From the sequence record PZ445537.1: a DNA stretch of 45,054 nucleotides. One strand, written 5' to 3'. Positions within the stretch are counted from its first letter, which is position 1; every line of letters begins with the position of its first letter. Source of the stretch: a phage. This document shows positions 42,453 through 45,054 of the stretch, piece by piece. Under the pieces are notes generated by a model. That model had not been told where the DNA came from. It saw only the letters and a program-made list of their open reading frames with translations, and did not search any database. The position numbers and the translations under genes are program-made.

Positions 42453-42953
42453 GTGTTCACCATCATGGACCAGGAAATTGCCACTTTAAAACTCAATATC
42501 AACCAGCTGGCAGGGATAACCGGCGTACACCGTCAGACGGTTGCCGCGAGACTGAAAAATGTTGAACCTGCTCCAGGCAGCAACAGCAAGTTAAAGCTCT
42601 ATCTTGTGACCGAAATTCTGACCGAACTGATGATCCCTACCGTTTCGGCCAACATCGATGATATGCCCCCCTCTGACAGGCTGTCCCACTGGAAAGCAGA
42701 GAATGAGAGGCTGAAGTTCGAACAGGATACGGGGCAGTTAATACCCGCAGATGAAGTGGCGCGAGAATTCTCATTGATGGCGAAAGCCGTCGTCATGGTA
42801 CTTGAAACCCTCCCGGATGTGCTCGAGCGCGACTGTGCTTTAACGCCTGCTGCGGTAGTTCGTGTGCAAAGCGTTATTGATGATCTGCGCGACCAGATGG
42901 CGGAGAGGGTGCAGGACGCTGAAAAAGAGGAGGAAGAGCCTGAGGAGGACTGA
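42453..42953 (+). CDS. terminase small subunit (Nu1-like, N-terminal HTH)
   Basis: 166 aa (ATG 42465 is an alternative start); N-terminus MDQEIATLKLNINQLAGITGVHRQTVAARL resembles the Nu1 winged-HTH; acidic C-terminus; stop overlaps the large-subunit start (TGATG). Confidence 0.7.
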   Translation: MFTIMDQEIATLKLNINQLAGITGVHRQTVAARLKNVEPAPGSNSKLKLYLVTEILTELMIPTVSANIDDMPPSDRLSHWKAENERLKFEQDTGQLIPADEVAREFSLMAKAVVMVLETLPDVLERDCALTPAAVVRVQSVIDDLRDQMAERVQDAEKEEEEPEED

Positions 42954-45054
42954 TGGCAAAGCGGGCATCCGCCAGGGACATCCGCCGCGATGTCTCCGGT
43001 ATTTTACGAGCCCCGCGTCGTATGCCGGTGGCCGATGCGGTCAGTACTTATATGCGCGTGCCAATGGGGGCGGGAAACTCAGTTCCATGGGATCCGGATC
43101 TGGCACCCTATGTGATTGAGCCGATGAACTGCCTGGCATCGCGTGAATACGATGCGGTGGTGTTTGTGGGCCCAGCGCGAACGGGTAAAACCATCGGGCT
43201 GATTGACGGCTGGATTGTTTATAACATTGTCTGCGATCCGGCAGATATGCTTGTGATTCAGGTATCTGAGGAAAAAGCTCGCGAGCATTCCAAAAAACGC
43301 CTGGACCGTACTTTTCGCTGTAGCCCTGAAGTTAAAACCCGGCTAAGCCCAAGACGTAACGATAACAACGTCTACGACCGTACATTCCGCGCCGGTAACT
43401 ATCTGAAGCTTGGCTGGCCATCCGTCAATATCATGTCGTCCTCGGACTATAAGAGTGTGGCGCTGACGGATTATGACCGCTTTCCGGAAGATATCGACGG
43501 GGAGGGGGATGCTTTTTCACTGGCATCGAAGCGTACCACGACATTCATGTCCTCCGGGATGACGCTGGTTGAAAGCTCGCCCGGGAGGGATATCAGAGAC
43601 ACAAAATGGCGGCGTTCCACGCCCCATGAAGCCCCTCCGACCACCGGAATTTTATCGCTCTATAACCGTGGTGACCGCCGTCGTCTTTACTGGCCATGCC
43701 CGCATTGCGGCGAATATTTCCAGCCGGAAATGGACAATATGACCGGGTACCGCGACAGCAGCGATCCTGTGCTTGCCAGCGAAGCGGCTTTTCTACAGTG
43801 CCCGGCCTGTAAAGGCAGGATCACACCGGACATGAAGCGTGCGCTTAACATGAAATGTGTCTGGCTCCGGGACGGGCAAACCATCGACAGGAAAGGCCAG
43901 GTTAGCGGTGATGGCCGTCGTTCCCGTATTGCCTCCTTCTGGATGGAAGGTCCGGCAGCTGCTTACCAGACCTGGGCGCAGCTTATTTATAAGTTCCTGA
44001 CCGCCGAGCAGGAATATGAATCCACGCGCAGCGAAGAAACCCTGAAGACGGTGATCAACACCGATTTCGGCAGGCCCTATTTGCCGCGGGCCAGCATGGA
44101 GCAGCGTAAAAGTGAATTGCTCGAGCAGCGTGCCGAAGAAGTCCCAAAACGTTCGGTACCCGATGGCGTGCAGTTTCTCACTGCGACCGTGGACGTGCAG
44201 GCCGGGCGCAACCGGCGCTTTGTTGTGCAGATTACGGGTTATGGAAGTATGGGTGAGCGCTGGATAGTTGACCGTTACAACATCCGGCATTCGCTGCGCT
44301 GCGACGGCAACGGGGAAAGCATTCAGGTGGATCCGGCGAGCTATCCGGAGGACTGGGATCTTTTACTCACCGACGTCTTTGATAAAACGTGGCCACTCGC
44401 AACTGACCCGTCAAAGGGCATGCGGCTGATGTCGATGGCCGTGGACTCAGGGGGTGAAGATGGCGTGACGGATAATGCCTACAAATTCTGGCGCAGATGT
44501 CGCCGTGAGGGGCTGGGTAAGCGTATCTATCTCTTCAAGGGGGACAGCGTCAGGCGCAGCAAACTTATCCAGCGAACGTTTCCCGACAACACGGGCAGAT
44601 CAACGCGCCGCGCACAGGCGACGGGTGATGTGCCTCTTTATCTTCTCCAGACCGATGCCCTTAAAGACCGGGTGAATAATGCGCTGTGGCGTGATTCACC
44701 CGGCCCTGGCTATGTGCATTTCCCCGCCTGGCTGGGCAGCTGGTTCTATGACGAACTGACGTATGAGGAACGCTCGAATGAAGGGAAATGGAGTAAGCCC
44801 GGCCGGGGCGCAAACGAAGCATTTGACCTGCTCGTTTATGCCGACGCGCTCGCCATCCTTAGTGGTTACGAAAAAATCAAATGGCCGTCAGCTCCTGAGT
44901 GGGCACGGCGGGAAACGTGGATCGAGGACACGCAGACGGAAACTGGCGAAATGCCATCCCCGCCGCCTGCGCCGAAATCTAAATCAAAACCAAAACGTGA
45001 GAAGCCCGTAACCGAGCAGGCTAATCCGTGGTCTTCGTCAGGAGGTTGGGTGTG
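42953..45054 (+). CDS. terminase large subunit (lambda gpA family), open at window end
   Basis: Frame open for 700 codons from ATG 42953 to the last base; absent from the ORF track because it has no stop in the window; Walker A VFVGPARTGKT; the final TG plus window base 1 (A) would give TGA. Confidence 0.9.
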   Translation, partial: MAKRASARDIRRDVSGILRAPRRMPVADAVSTYMRVPMGAGNSVPWDPDLAPYVIEPMNCLASREYDAVVFVGPARTGKTIGLIDGWIVYNIVCDPADMLVIQVSEEKAREHSKKRLDRTFRCSPEVKTRLSPRRNDNNVYDRTFRAGNYLKLGWPSVNIMSSSDYKSVALTDYDRFPEDIDGEGDAFSLASKRTTTFMSSGMTLVESSPGRDIRDTKWRRSTPHEAPPTTGILSLYNRGDRRRLYWPCPHCGEYFQPEMDNMTGYRDSSDPVLASEAAFLQCPACKGRITPDMKRALNMKCVWLRDGQTIDRKGQVSGDGRRSRIASFWMEGPAAAYQTWAQLIYKFLTAEQEYESTRSEETLKTVINTDFGRPYLPRASMEQRKSELLEQRAEEVPKRSVPDGVQFLTATVDVQAGRNRRFVVQITGYGSMGERWIVDRYNIRHSLRCDGNGESIQVDPASYPEDWDLLLTDVFDKTWPLATDPSKGMRLMSMAVDSGGEDGVTDNAYKFWRRCRREGLGKRIYLFKGDSVRRSKLIQRTFPDNTGRSTRRAQATGDVPLYLLQTDALKDRVNNALWRDSPGPGYVHFPAWLGSWFYDELTYEERSNEGKWSKPGRGANEAFDLLVYADALAILSGYEKIKWPSAPEWARRETWIEDTQTETGEMPSPPPAPKSKSKPKREKPVTEQANPWSSSGGWV

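Noticed and set aside
43793-44290. Minus-strand 165-aa ORF inside the terminase large-subunit gene
   Set aside because: Antisense to a continuous 700-codon terminase frame with a Walker A motif.
1-45054. CRISPR arrays, rRNA genes, IS elements or transposase genes
   Set aside because: No short direct repeats with regular spacing, no rRNA-like sequence, and no transposase-like ORF or terminal inverted repeats were seen; the only recombinases are the phage integrase and the invertase.

Overview
The window reads as a complete, probably circularly closed, lambda-like temperate siphophage genome of about 45 kb; all calls are from reading the sequence and ORF track by eye, with no searches run. Gene order: gpW-like, portal, prohead-protease/capsid fusion, decoration-like and FII-like genes, tail genes Z-U-V-G/T-H-M-L-K-I, an AT-rich lipoprotein moron, J plus two coupled ORFs, a reverse-strand lipoprotein, then a side tail fibre whose distal part sits in a four-site, four-cassette inversion system next to a Hin/Gin-family invertase. 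Downstream lie an SOS-box-controlled dinI-like region, a tRNA 3' fragment (attP core) with int/xis, early-left accessory genes, the cI/cro/cII immunity region, an O-like initiator with internal iterons, tandem Dam and Dcm methyltransferases, an antirepressor, a Q-like gene, an AT-rich cargo island, a third methyltransferase, holin/SAR-endolysin/Rz-Rz1, a cos-like site and the terminase genes. The terminase large-subunit frame runs off the 3' end and would be closed to TGA by window base 1. The most interesting element is the tail-fibre multiple-inversion system (18469-22212). Functional names rest on remembered motifs and lambda synteny.
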